A stretch of 64,000 bases of DNA from Minutocellus sp. GHC0000111 (Eukaryota), in assembly GCA_977018835.1 (NCBI GenBank), contig OZ361260.1:372001-436000 (forward strand), read 5' to 3'. The first letter of the stretch is position 1; each line of letters begins with the position of its first letter. Position numbers and translations under genes: made by a program. The notes below the pieces were generated by a model. It was not told the origin of the DNA, did no database searches, and worked only from the letters and a program-made list of their open reading frames with translations. Positions 21,446 through 33,286 of this stretch are shown here, one piece after another.

Positions 21446-22104
21446 GTGATTCTCGCGGTGGAATTTCCATTACGTGTAGGTTGTGGCCGGAGAATCCTGG
21501 TCTGGTCCTATCTTTGAATGCGCAATTGATCGTCTTCGTCTGTCTGGGTAAAGGATGCCAGCGGGAAATATATATCTAGAAGTCTGCATCCTCTGGTCTC
21601 GATTTTCACACGGCGTCTGAGATCAACACGTGCTCGGTCACATGCGCGAATGTACGAATCACTCTGTTGCACTGGGAGTTTAGCGACTATGTGCCTCCGC
21701 AGTGGGAAGTGAAAGTGATATGTGTTGATATGCGGCAGCTACGTCATGTGAAGCTCCTAACCAAATGAGTCTTTGCCTTCTTTGTTTTGTCTCTCGTAAA
21801 AACGTTGCAGTTAGCTAATGCTTTGCTTCTGCTTCCCGTCTCTACCCACCACGTTTATTTTTTTCCTTGCTTGTCACATCACTAAATTTAATGTTGGAAT
21901 ATTGGGTGACTGATATGGTTTCACGGTGCGTCGTGGATGCAGATAATGAAAACCCAACATTCCTCGTTTATTACAAGTTGCTTCTGTTTTCAAGGGTCTG
22001 TATTCGGCAAAGCCAGACAAGAATGCAAGAAAACGTCGCGATAATAAGTCGCAATAAAGAAGTAATGATTACCTGGCTGAACTTACCCAGCCTAAACTTT
22101 AAGA

Positions 22105-24093
22105 TTAACCAAACTTGCTGAGATCAAAGGCACCCGCTCCTCGGCTACCATCAACGTACCCAGTCTGTTTCTTCTTTGCTGCAGGAGCATCTTCGCCGCC
22201 ACTGGCAGAGGCATTTGGACGCTTATTCAAGCCCATCGCAAATGCTCCTGGCATCGTCATGTCCACCTTGCCGGTTTCACTATCACCAGCAGCGCTCTTG
22301 TTGGTGTTGATATCATCTTCGTCTTCCTCCTCTTCTTCCTCGGGGTCACAGCAAGCACAGCTCTGGAGTTTCCGCGCCGCCTTCAGGGACCACTCCTTCT
22401 GCGGTTGGACAGTATCCATGAGTGTTTTATCGCCAATGAGAATTCCATGGTGAAGGAAACAGCACGCTTCCAACAACTTCTTTTCATCATGTGAGAATTG
22501 CTTGAAAGGCTCGCTATCATCAACGCACTTGCTCTTGATCTCCTCCAGCGCCTTTTTGGCAGCGACGACAGTTTCATCTTTCAATGGCCGGCTTCTCGAC
22601 CCAGTAACATATTGAAGAAGATTTATCAAGGCAAGCTCATTGAGCTCTTCGACCTTATTGCTCGCAAGATTGCCAAGTCCGGTGCGTCCCATGATGAATC
22701 CCATCCGACAAACAAACGGGGTGTAGTTATTGGTACGTTCCTCCTCCTTCAGCTTTAAATAGGCATCAATACTGGCCATCCATGCCTCAATTATACCCGC
22801 CTGATCTGCCGGCAAGTCCGCCAATGCATCGCCGAGTTTCCGAATTGATTTCAATTGCGATATCGGAGCTGATGATGTTACCCAAGAAGGCATTCGTAGT
22901 GCCTCATCTACAACAAGGCTATCGACAGCAGCACTCGGACCGCCGCTGCCACCGGGCAACATCATGCCGCTGAGCTTAACCGTTGTCTTTCTAAGCATCA
23001 GTCCTCTGGCGACCGATTCGAAACAAGTATCGTACGCAAACACGTGGCGCTCATGAGGAAATGACTTGTACAGGAGCGGCAAGAGTGTCGGCGTCACAGC
23101 CTGGCCGGGAAGAGTGAACACCACGGTACGAGAGGTGCCTATTTACGTGTTTGTTCGCACAGGAATATAGTGAAGATGTTAGATGAACTTGAAGGATAAA
23201 AAGCAAGAAAATGCGCAATGCACCAACTGCACAACTTAGGACAATCAGACTTGCACCGGCCTTCACTTCATTCGCGGCCAGATCCACTCACCAACTCGGT
23301 TTCGAAGTCTCCAAGCTTCCAACCTCGTGAGGGCAAACACAATCTTGCCAACGTTTTCTTTTTGGATAATATTGCGCTGCAATATTCTCGCCACAACGAC
23401 CATCCAACTTGGTTCCTTCACGAGTGCACCAAGATTATCGTCCGAATCCATAATGTGGTGCAGTACCTCCGACGACAGGCCTGAGGAGGCATCGGTGATG
23501 AAGCAGAGAGCCGTGCTGGTGATCTGATTATCAAAGGCCTCTGCCAGAAGATTTGCCAACGGAATGAGGGGTACCTGAACTCGTTCCCATCCCTCTTCGG
23601 AGTCTTTCTCCGCTTTATCAACACCACTGGCGGGTGGAAAAGCCAACCAGAGATATATTTCGCGCTTGTCCAACCCATCCTCGTCGTCCTTATCGATTGC
23701 CGTTATGTAAGGGCTGGGAGATTTCTTATCCATGATGCGCTTCACCAACTTTTCATATTCCTCCTGAGTACTGAGGAGCGTTGTGGCAAGTCGATCTTCC
23801 TTGGGATTGTACCTCCAGGTCGAGCCATCCGCCTTGCTGCTTTGGTTGGCGGTGGATTCCTTCGCCGCCATGGCTGCCGCTTGAACGACCGCCTTGTTCC
23901 GCAGCCGTTGAATTTCCACCGCCTTGTCCATCTCGTAGACTTGCGTCGACCGGCGCTTGGCACGAAGTCGATCGGACGATAGAACCTTGCGCGAGACGGC
24001 ATCCATCTGAAGGAGGGGAAGAGAGATGGTCAGGGCCAAGGCCGTCGTGAGGGCCGTTGTGGTGAGGGTCTGCACAATGTCGCTTTGTGGCAT
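22105..24093 (-). CDS. Conserved-looking hypothetical protein with N-terminal TM anchor, 2 exons (intron 23291-23139)
   Basis: Two long ORFs joined in frame by a GT-AG intron. Confidence 0.7.
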
Positions 24094-24448
24094 GGTGATA
24101 GATGATTTTATGACTTGATGACTTGATGTGAGGGGAGAATGAGCAACAGAGCGAGGGGCAGGTGGTTGGTGCCTCAAATGCAACCGCTACCGCGCCTGGG
24201 AAGGAGGATCCGCACGTGAAGAAATGAAGGGTTTTGCAAAGTGCCGGCGAGGAATGTCTTATTGAAAATGCGGATTAACTTGCAAACTCAAGCGTCTTAT
24301 CGACTTGTTCCGATTTTGAAATTTTCTGGAACAAAACACGTGTTCAATAAATCTACGTACGAGCCGGCAATCGATCGTAACTCATTCGTTCGGCTCTCAT
24401 GATTTGGCCCCTACCTTCGACCGATAAACTTGCCGCCTCTCGATCTCT

Positions 24449-25264
24449 ATGCAACGAGCGACGCCGACTAGTGCTCCGTGTTGCGTTTTCCTTCTTGTGC
24501 TTGCTCTCGTCGGTTCCCTCGGCCTTGTGTTAGCTGCCGAAACTACCAGCACCGACGAATCAGCAGAAGCAATAATGCCAGCCATTACCATTGGCATCGC
24601 CGGTGGTACAGGAGCGGGTAAGACCACTCTGGCCAGGGCGGTCTACGAGGCCCTTGGGTCTGATAGCAACGTGGCGTATCTTTGCCATGACTCCTACTAC
24701 AAAGACATCACGCATCTCACAATCGATGAAAGGGCAAAAACCAATTTCGACCACCCGGATAGTTTGGACACCGACCTGCTTATTGAACATGTGCAGCAGC
24801 TCAAGGGTGGGGAGGCCGTTGCGGTGCCGACGTATGACTTTACCAAGCATGCACGGACGTCGGAGGTGACCATGGTGGAACCCAAAAAGGTGGTCCTCGT
24901 GGAGGGAATATTGATCTTCTCTGACAAGAAGTTGGTGGATCAGCTCGACGTAAAAGTCTTTGTGGAAGCCGACTCGGACATTCGGCTGATGAGACGCATA
25001 TCAAGAGACACCGTGGAACGAGGCCGTTCCGTAGATGAGGTCATGTCGCAATACCTGTCGACTGTCCGACCCATGCATGAAGAATTTGTGGAGCCGAGCA
25101 AACGAAGGGCGGATGTGATCGTTCACTCGCTTGATGGTAACAGTACGAGTGTGGCATTGCAAATGATTGTCAACCATGTCAAGAACGAAGCTGGCTTGGA
25201 GGGAATTACCAGTAGTGCTGCTGGCGGTGACAAATCAGATGCAGACCAAAAGGATGAGCTATAG
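24449..25264 (+). CDS. udk: Uridine/cytidine kinase with N-terminal signal peptide and C-terminal KDEL
   Basis: P-loop GIAGGTGAGKT, 'HDSYYK', 'NFDHPDSLD', 'VEGILIF', 'RRISRD..ERGR', 'FVEPSKRRAD'; ends ...DQKDEL*. Confidence 0.92.
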   Translation: MQRATPTSAPCCVFLLVLALVGSLGLVLAAETTSTDESAEAIMPAITIGIAGGTGAGKTTLARAVYEALGSDSNVAYLCHDSYYKDITHLTIDERAKTNFDHPDSLDTDLLIEHVQQLKGGEAVAVPTYDFTKHARTSEVTMVEPKKVVLVEGILIFSDKKLVDQLDVKVFVEADSDIRLMRRISRDTVERGRSVDEVMSQYLSTVRPMHEEFVEPSKRRADVIVHSLDGNSTSVALQMIVNHVKNEAGLEGITSSAAGGDKSDADQKDEL

Positions 25265-25337
25265 CTAGCCGCATTGGAATTCAAAAACACTTCTATTTTT
25301 TTTTCTTTTAGTCTATCTGGGATGTGATGGTACGTAT

Positions 25338-25749
25338 CTAATAGGTTGCCTTGAGCAAAGTGACCCAACCATCGATCTTTTCCTCAATGACCTCTCGCAA
25401 GCCTCCATCTCGAACGTGCTTCATAAGGTGGGCCCTCTTGGCATTGGGGATGCCACCGTCGACAGTGAAATCGCTCACGTCGTGCCACTCCCCGGCAGCG
25501 ACGGTGCCATCAATGTCCGGCAGGACGAGCTTGCCCCTCATCTCGACGTCGGCATCGCCTCCCGCCGAGCTGAGCTCCCAAACGAGCTCGTAGCCAAACT
25601 CGTAAATGTACCGCTTCTTGCCTCGAACGGCCGCAACGCTGGCATGACCTCCGTCGTGGACATCCATCTTGTTGGCCTTGACGACCTTGACGGTCTGGTC
25701 GGTGCCAGGAATGTCATACGAGCACGTCAGCAACGTCGAAGAAAGCTCA
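25338..25749 (-). pseudogene. TPR–Aha1_N Hsp90 co-chaperone, 3' half (separated by insertion)
   Basis: Aha1_N motifs 'GHASVAAVRGKKRYIYEF', 'GKLVLPDIDG'. Confidence 0.75.
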
Positions 25750-25868
25750 CTCACCGCTATGTGGACTCGCTCGACTCGCTTCGCTGTCTCCGAGGCTGAG
25801 CCCAGAGCCCAGCAGTCTCGTCTCGGCCGTTTCGAAAAAATTATTTCATTGTGCACCCCAAACCAACC

Positions 25869-26530
25869 ATGAGCGACGACGATAGCTACGTACTCTCCGA
25901 TCAGTCCGATGACAAGATGGTCATCGACAACGATAGCGACAGTGATGACAGTATGTTTGAGCAGAAGAAGAAGAAGGCCGTCCCGAAGAAGAAGGCTGCC
26001 TCCAAGAAGGCCGGCCACCCCCAGAAGGTCCGTGGTGGATCCTTTGGCAATGCTCTGTCCTCTTCTGCTCTGATGAATGGATCACCGGGGGCAGTAGTGA
26101 CCGCGAAGAAGAGGAAGGCGTCGAGCAAGTCCAGCGGCCGTGGCAAGAGTCGTCGCTTTGACGGCGTCGGCACCACCGCCACTACGGCCGCCGCCGCCGC
26201 CGCTGCTGCTCCCAAAGAGGAGGAGGCGGAGGAGGGGGGGCGCTGAAGAAGAAGGCTGCCCCGAAGAAGAAAAAGGCTGCGCCGAAGAAGAAGAAGAAGA
26301 AGAAGGCCGCCGACCCCTGGGCTGGTCAGGTGCTGACCTCGGCCCACGTCTACGACGGCCTGGACCTCTCCCTCAACATGGCCATGTCGAACTGTCCCTT
26401 GAATTTAGACTCTCCAATCCTGTCACCCAGGAAGTTTCCACCTCCATCCGCTCATGGATACCTCGAGCGGTACCAAGATGCTGTAGTCGAGCAGGCCAGA
26501 CTCAATGATGACATCGAGATGGAGGAGTAG
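25869..26530 (+). CDS. Acidic N-terminus + Lys/Ala-rich (PKKKAA repeat, histone H1-like composition) protein, frameshift at G-run ~26235
   Basis: MSDDDSY...; KKKAAPKKKKAAPKKKKKKAADPW continues in another frame to TAG at 26530. Confidence 0.5.
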
Positions 26531-26585
26531 TCAGTGAATCAATCCCCGATTCGTTTGGCAGCAGGACGAGCAGCGCCAATGTTGT

Positions 26586-26780
26586 TCTAGCAGCAGCAGG
26601 GCGAACACTAATACCAACAATACTAGTAGCAGCAGAACGAATATCAGTACCAACAATGCTAGTAGCAGCAGAACAAATGTCAGTACCAACAACACTAGTA
26701 GCAGCAGGGCGAGTGCTAGTAGCAGCAATACTAGTAGCAGCAGAACAAACATCAGTACCAATAGTACTAGTAGCAATCAC
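26586..26780. repeat. Degenerate minisatellite (~30-33-bp unit tactagtagcagcagaac..atcagtaccaacaa)
   Basis: About 6 degenerate units between convergent ORFs. Confidence 0.85.
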
Positions 26781-26794
26781 TACTTTATTGATAT

Positions 26795-28090
26795 CTACTT
26801 CTCCTGAGTCCTTAGGCGATGGACGAATGCTCTGATGTTGTCCACCTCCTGCTGCATGTTGATTTGTGCAGCAGGTCCTGTAACAATGAGGGACTCATTG
26901 TATCCCAGGATGTCGTTTAGATCCAAACCAATTAGGTCAGGATGTCCCATTGATTCAAGAGATCCATGCATCATTTTATCACCAGCTTCAACGAAGGCAC
27001 CATACTTCTGCTCCAGCTCCTTTTTCCCAACGCCCCCGACATTGAGTTTAAAGCGCGCGGAAGCCACGTCTCTTCCAGCGTATTGAACTTTGGTCCCATC
27101 ACTCAACTTCGTGGGAATGAGGCCAGCCATTGCGGCCTTGTATACCACATACCTTGCATAGTTCTTTGTAGGAGAGAGATTATTGAGATTTAGTCCCTTT
27201 GCGGACCCGTGGAGAGAGCTCCACTCCTCCAAGTTCTCGTCGTCTCGAATGGGCGGTGGGCACATGCTGCAGCCATTCCGTAGGTGTCCAAGAAAGAACT
27301 TGGTCACGAGTGCATGTTGAAATTGAACAGGTGTGCCCATCAACACATCTACGTCCTGGTGGCAGTGCAGGCAGTGGAAGTATGCCCAGCCTTCGTCGTC
27401 GATGCGCAGGTCAAACGCCTTTCGGAAAACGGCCACGAGTGCCCGCGATTCCAGGCCGAAGCGGCACGCCGGAGCAAATGCATGGGCATATGCGGGGTAG
27501 GTCAGCTTGGTGATCTGGCCCTTGGCGCTTGCAGCGGCTTGAAGGGCTGCCTTCGTGTTGGCGGCTGAACCGTCGGCATCGCCGGCCACCTCCTTGAAAT
27601 GCGTGAGGATCTCGTCGAAGGCCTGGAGGACAACGGGCGCAAAGTGGTGCGCCGTCGCATTGATGAGGTCATCGTCGGGGCGACTGTCTTCAACACCCAT
27701 CCGCTCGAGTGCGGCGGTGGTGTTGGGGGGCTCGTCGATGAAGACGTACTTGCCGTCCTCGTCGAAGAGTTGGGGGAAAACCTTCTCAATGTGCCCTTCG
27801 CCAATGTGGGCGATGGCATCCTTCAGGCACTTAATGTCCTTTGCCCTCTCGTGGGCGAGAACATTGATGCCATCTTCCTCAGCAGCAGAAACAATGGCCC
27901 GAATTCTCTGCCGAGCTTCTTGGCAGGCCTCCTTCAACAGGTAGTCGGTCCTTCCAGACGCGGGGCGCGTGCGGTCGCACAGTCTGCAGGGCACTGCTGC
28001 AGGAGGAGCAGCGGCCTCATCCCCTGAAGCCCCAGCGGCGGCGGCCGGAGCGGCCGCGGCAGCGGGTGGTGGTGGTGGATCAACCTCCAT
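26795..28090 (-). CDS. Hypothetical cargo protein (431 aa) with CxxC motifs
   Basis: Long intact single-exon ORF; CRLC, HCLHCH, HLRNGCSMC possible Zn ligands. Confidence 0.6.
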   Translation of the reverse strand: MEVDPPPPPAAAAAPAAAAGASGDEAAAPPAAVPCRLCDRTRPASGRTDYLLKEACQEARQRIRAIVSAAEEDGINVLAHERAKDIKCLKDAIAHIGEGHIEKVFPQLFDEDGKYVFIDEPPNTTAALERMGVEDSRPDDDLINATAHHFAPVVLQAFDEILTHFKEVAGDADGSAANTKAALQAAASAKGQITKLTYPAYAHAFAPACRFGLESRALVAVFRKAFDLRIDDEGWAYFHCLHCHQDVDVLMGTPVQFQHALVTKFFLGHLRNGCSMCPPPIRDDENLEEWSSLHGSAKGLNLNNLSPTKNYARYVVYKAAMAGLIPTKLSDGTKVQYAGRDVASARFKLNVGGVGKKELEQKYGAFVEAGDKMMHGSLESMGHPDLIGLDLNDILGYNESLIVTGPAAQINMQQEVDNIRAFVHRLRTQEK

Positions 28091-28764
28091 CTTGCTCCAA
28101 TGCCGATGGTCGATACGTCGATGCTCCGCCCCCGGTCACAAGCTCCGCCCCAACCGCCGCCCGGTCACAAGTTGGCCAGGCCAATATTTACGTACGTGTC
28201 TGCACGTATTTACGTACGTACGCAAGTTGCACGTACGGGTCCTTCCTCACCCTACCGGCCCAAGCCCCCACGCCACACGCCGGCTCACCCCAGGGCCCAG
28301 CAATTTGAATTCATAGGCATATTCAATATACAATGAGGAGTCCGAATATGTGCTCAGATTGCTGGGCCCAAAATGGCGTGATAAAATTTCAATCATGCTA
28401 GCTACTAAGCAGCAAAAAACAAGCACAAACACACACAGCCGACCACCAAATCGAGATACAAGAGATACGGAGATACTACAGCATTGCAGAGATACCACCA
28501 ATACAGCAACAATGGGCAGCTGCGGCACATGCAATCAATGCATCGAACTTGCGAAAGATATTGCTGATATTCATTCGAACAAAAAAGTTCCATACAAAAA
28601 AAGAAGAGCAGCAGAGCGAAAACTGAGGAAAGAGGTCAGATGCAGCTCAAACGATACTGCTACCACATGTGACAAATGCCGATGACATCGACATGGAACG
28701 AACTTCGGGATGGATGCGGTATGTATTATTTTATATTTCTCACGCATTGTCACTATCTCAAGTC

Positions 28765-30084
28765 TTATTCACCAGTCAGGAATGTGTCAACCCTCCCGCC
28801 AGTCAGACTCCACCCCTTCAAGCGATCCTCCTCCTCCACACCTTCACCGCTCACAATAAACTTCACCTCCCAATCATCTCCGTTTGCGAACAAACATGAT
28901 TTACGCCTGCAGACAAACGAAGACCACCAGGTGGATGATGATGTGTCGCTGTGATGTCCTGGGTACCACCCGCGCAGGATTGCATCAACTGCAGCCTCCA
29001 GCTCAGCTCTGGGGTTTCGGGTCACACACATTCCTCCCGATCGCTCGGTTGAGAGAATGGGGCAATCTCTCCCATTGAACCTGCGAACAGACACCAAAGA
29101 ACCATTTACCACCTTCATCCGACAAAACTTGGCGCGATGCTCCACCCATCCTCGACGGACGATGAGTTCTCCAGCTGGAATCGTGTCCCCCTCCACGAGT
29201 GGCTCAATGGTTTCCACCCCAAGCTTGGCCTTGATTTTCCGACACTCATCTTCCTCGAGGGATGGGTCAATCTCTTCATCGTCGTCATCGTCATCGTCCT
29301 CATCTGCAGCAACAGCAGCGACACCCATTAGCTCCCTCCGGACTCTCTTCTCGGCACGAATCGATGCCACAATCCTGTTCTGGATGCAGTTTACTTCATA
29401 TGCATCACACGAATCGCGGAAGAGGAGACAGCACTTGAGATGATAAGCAAACTCGAGACCATACGTACAGCCAAGCAGGCCAAGCAACTTCCAGGCATGA
29501 TCAATGTCGTCCTGGTAGCAGGTGACGATCGCAAACTTGGAAAACGCACTCAACATCGCCGGAAGGCCACCCTTGATCTCCTTCTTGGAATAGGGCACAA
29601 GGAGCGACTTCGTAATGTGCTCAAGCTGGAGTCCTGCCTTCCGCAAGAGCCAGCAGATGACCCGCCAGACGCGCGGATTGTCGCACCAATACTTCCAACA
29701 CTTGCCCGAGTTTGCGCGGGCCCTGCTGGTCGGCGCCAAGGCAGTGAGTAGCCAGTCGAACTTGGCCGACTCTCGGCGGAGCTTGTTCCACATGCATTGG
29801 AAGTTGAGGATGGATCTGCGGACAGACGGGGGAACGGCAAAAAAAAGGACCAACAAGAGTGGAAAAGACTTTGCTTTTGTGTCCGAAATCATCACCCGCC
29901 CAGCGCGCCCGCCACTCAATGAAACCTTCCTCATTTCCAACCCACCCGACATACAAACTGTTGCTCTACTGCCACAAAACACTGCATCCAACACCATCAT
30001 GTTAATGCAAATGGCTGTTACTACTGCTGCCACCGCAGCTGATGCGCCAGCATGTCGCCGCTCCCGTCGGTCCGGCAGCTCCAT
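28765..30084 (-). CDS. Hypothetical cargo ORF (start uncertain)
   Basis: 439-codon open frame with an acidic patch; no family recognised. Confidence 0.4.
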   Translation of the reverse strand: MELPDRRERRHAGASAAVAAVVTAICINMMVLDAVFCGSRATVCMSGGLEMRKVSLSGGRAGRVMISDTKAKSFPLLLVLFFAVPPSVRRSILNFQCMWNKLRRESAKFDWLLTALAPTSRARANSGKCWKYWCDNPRVWRVICWLLRKAGLQLEHITKSLLVPYSKKEIKGGLPAMLSAFSKFAIVTCYQDDIDHAWKLLGLLGCTYGLEFAYHLKCCLLFRDSCDAYEVNCIQNRIVASIRAEKRVRRELMGVAAVAADEDDDDDDDEEIDPSLEEDECRKIKAKLGVETIEPLVEGDTIPAGELIVRRGWVEHRAKFCRMKVVNGSLVSVRRFNGRDCPILSTERSGGMCVTRNPRAELEAAVDAILRGWYPGHHSDTSSSTWWSSFVCRRKSCLFANGDDWEVKFIVSGEGVEEEDRLKGWSLTGGRVDTFLTGE

Positions 30085-30287
30085 CCCATGCTTTGATTAT
30101 TTTGTCCATCGGAGCGGCACCATCGATGCCTCTACGATTCGTGGCAAGTCTCCTGGGATGATCCAGACCACCACAGCGAACCGGGCATGGGCGGGCCTCT
30201 CACTTCAGAAACAGCAGGATATTATGGAGCAAGCCCGAGAGGAGGAGCTGTGCTGTCCGAGCCAGACCGGTCCTGATCCGGCACAAG

Positions 30288-31659
30288 ATGTGCCGATTTC
30301 TCAAATTCAAATTGCTCGGCGCAATTCGTCATCCATCCAATAACGCCGATGCCAGCCCTGAGCCGACGGTCGAGGACAATGCTGGTATCGCTGCTCGTCC
30401 TGGTGATGATAATATCGAAGCTGGGGGCATCGCCGAGTCCATGGTGGTGGATGGAAGCGGCAACAGTGAAGAATCTGGCAATCCTGCCAGTGTCGGTGTT
30501 TCTGCTACCGGCACCGCCAATTCTGGTGGATCGACCGAGGAGAATTTGGATGTGCTGCTGGTTGAGGCCGAAGCGCAATACAAAGCTGCAGAGGAGGCTT
30601 TGAAAGGGCTAATGGATGCCTTGAAACGAGAAAAGCAAGCGGAAGGATGAAAAGGCCATGGCCGATGCCGAGAAGAAAAGGAACAAAATGAAGGATGAGA
30701 ACGGCAATTTACCGAATGGAAAGAAGCGAGTTCTCCTCGTGCATTACGATGAGAAATGGTTCTGGGGTCTCGTCCTCCGAGCTTTTGCGAAGGCTTGCGA
30801 GGAAATCGGCGTGAAAAAGCGAGATTACGCGGCCTTTCACAGGAGCCACATCAACAAGGTCATGGCCATTGCATTTGTTGCCGCTGTCTTTGACGGTTCT
30901 CTTGAGAGTGGGTGCGAGGTTGTAAAACTGCCACTGGTACGAGCTCAAGCTCCTAAAATAGCGGAGCGAGCTCAGTACGAAGCAGTGTCACAGCCTGATG
31001 GTTCAACACGGTGCCCAAACACCAACCCCGATGGGACACCAAAGGAACCTCTTCGCCGGAAAGGAGAGTCGTTTCTTGTTGATTGTTGCGTTACTGGATC
31101 GAACGAAGGCACAAAAAAGGATCCGAAATGCTCTTTGCTCCTCGTATTCAAGGAGACTATTTTCCCAGCGATTCTCAACCTTGTCGGTCCGGGCAAGCAA
31201 CACGAAGATTGCCATGTTATCATCCAGGGCGACCAGGCCGGGCCTCACGAGGACGGAACCTTCACGCAATTTGTTACTAACTTCTGTGCTGAGCAAGGCT
31301 GGACGTGGCAGCCACAGGCACCGCAGATGCCTCACGCCAACGTCCTTGACTTGAGCGTGTTCCCCGCGATGAGCCGGCGGCACTCGGAATGGGCACGAAA
31401 AATGGTAGGCACCTCCGTCATTTCCACCGACCAGATCTGGGACACTGCCGAGGACGTTTACGATAGCATGCCTAACTGCAAAATTGCTTCGGCCTTCATT
31501 CAGTACTGGAGGATAATGGGCCTGGTGATTAAGGCCGGTGGTAGCAATGAGTTTGTTGGAAGGTTGGGTGACGAAAACTTGCACACTGGAATTAGGATCG
31601 ACTTCAACGAAACGGCCAAGGGGATGGAGCCCTCAGCTCGTCATCCTTCTAAAAAATAG
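30288..31659 (+). mobile_element. Tc1/mariner-superfamily transposase (plant/oomycete DD39D-like, here DD38D); catalytic domain 30658-31659, upstream part frameshifted at ~30648
   Basis: 'VHYDEKWFW', 'IQGDQAGPH', 'QAPQMPHANVLDLSVFP'; 38 residues counted between D2 and D3. Confidence 0.85.
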
Positions 31660-31754
31660 ATAGTGTTAATGTCTTTACACATGTATTAAATAAATGTTAC
31701 ACGTCTACAAATTATTTATAGATCTACATGTAAGATGCAGCAGCATTGGTTTGT

Positions 31755-32891
31755 TTATGTCACGGTGGGCTTCTTTGTTCTTCTATTTCTACCGGTATTC
31801 TTTTTTGCCTCCTTGGCCTTCTTATGATCATTAGAAAGCCACACAGCGTGGAGGGACTGACGAATCTTTCCGCGCTTCACACCATATGCATCGGCAAGTT
31901 TATTGTCAGTGAGGGCAGGGTGAGCAGTTGGTTGTTTACTCCCATCCTCATATCCCAACTTATATGCATCTAATGCAATCTTGTCAGTAGATAATGCAAT
32001 AGAGAATTCTATTGTCTTGTTATCATACAATCCGAGTTCTCTGCTTCTCCACCCTTTCGGGTAGGCACCACGACCCTCTCTTACTTGGCGATCGACTTCG
32101 ATCATGCCTAGCACTGTGGTGACCGCGACCTCGCTACCCCAACCAGGAACTTGTTTGAAGGGGAGGTAGACCCCTTTCTCTTTTCTTCTTGGTTCGGGCC
32201 TCTGACTACATGTGGGTGACTTGTAGTTCTTTATATCTTGTGGTAGTGGTGCTTCTCCGTACGTCAAAAAGCACGCAAGCCTCCGATGTTCCTCAACCTC
32301 TCGTTCAATCTGTCGTTCGGTTGGTTCGGTTGGAGGCAAGGGCTCCAAGATGGTAGGGGATGACAATTGAAGGTTGCTGAACGACGGGCATGAGCGGCTT
32401 GGGGTAAGAGCATACTGAGTATGAACTGACATTGGACTTGTTACCATGGGCGTGGCGGAGGGAAGGTCGAATGAGCTCACGGGCTTTCTCCTCTCGCCGC
32501 TTGGCTTTGCGTCGGCGGTTGCTATGCTCATCTCTGAGAATGAATCATCTTCATCAGAATGAGATGAAACGGTAGCGGTACCGCGAAAGTCGGCACGCAA
32601 TATGTCATGATGCAAGTACTTCCTTGCTTGGGCTTGTTCGGCGGCGAAGCCATCCTCTTCGTTGTACTCGCGTCGATATTTCAACACACGAGGAGATGTG
32701 AGGTCTGACGATGCCGGTGGGACCCCTTGGTTGTCCTCCTCGTCATCGTTGTCCTTGTTCTCTCGATACCGCGGATGTTCCGGCGTTTCGTTGGAAGTTT
32801 CCTTCTCATGGCGCGAGGGGCTGAATGCAGTCGCCTCGGCGCGTTTCGGTGGACGCGGTGGACTGAAGATGTGTCCCTTTGGAGTATCCAT
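31755..32891 (-). CDS. Hypothetical cargo protein (378 aa), Ser/Pro-rich N-half, basic C-terminus
   Basis: Intact ATG ORF converging on the transposase. Confidence 0.55.
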   Translation of the reverse strand: MDTPKGHIFSPPRPPKRAEATAFSPSRHEKETSNETPEHPRYRENKDNDDEEDNQGVPPASSDLTSPRVLKYRREYNEEDGFAAEQAQARKYLHHDILRADFRGTATVSSHSDEDDSFSEMSIATADAKPSGERRKPVSSFDLPSATPMVTSPMSVHTQYALTPSRSCPSFSNLQLSSPTILEPLPPTEPTERQIEREVEEHRRLACFLTYGEAPLPQDIKNYKSPTCSQRPEPRRKEKGVYLPFKQVPGWGSEVAVTTVLGMIEVDRQVREGRGAYPKGWRSRELGLYDNKTIEFSIALSTDKIALDAYKLGYEDGSKQPTAHPALTDNKLADAYGVKRGKIRQSLHAVWLSNDHKKAKEAKKNTGRNRRTKKPTVT

Positions 32892-33286
32892 GAGTATGGA
32901 AGCTTCTTGAAGCGCCAGTCGGCAGAAGTTGCCCAGTCTATTTGTGGTAATTGCTTGGAGGTCGGTTGTTGACGGATGTGTTTTGATTTGCTTGCTTTGC
33001 CGCGTGTTTTTCTAGGTGCGCGCAAACCGCCGTGTCGGAAAGTCCAAAGACCCAAAAAACCGGGCCCCCGAAATTGCTGTCCCGGACCTCGTAGGCGCGG
33101 AGTGCGAGGCAAATGAAAATCCCGTCCCCGGGGGCAGGACGACAGAAAGACGTTGTTGGCTTTTCGATTTTCGATGTCAGAAAGCCGTCAAAAAATTGAT
33201 GACTCTAGAAATTTCTACAATCGAAAATAAGGCCAAGCAATTACGGCTGAACTTTCACTTTACATGTTAGAACAAGCATGGTCATG

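Larger units (their letters stand above)
25750..33286. mobile_element. ~7.5-kb multi-ORF insertion containing a Tc1/mariner-type transposase and cargo ORFs
   Basis: Lies between the two halves of the Aha1_N domain; boundaries approximate; no TIR/TSD found by eye. Confidence 0.6.

Noticed and set aside
26586..26780. CRISPR-like array
   Set aside because: Degenerate contiguous minisatellite without unique spacers; eukaryotic context, no cas genes
25750..33286. Terminal inverted repeats / TA TSD for the large insertion
   Set aside because: Comparing the two junction regions by eye showed no matching inverted or direct repeats
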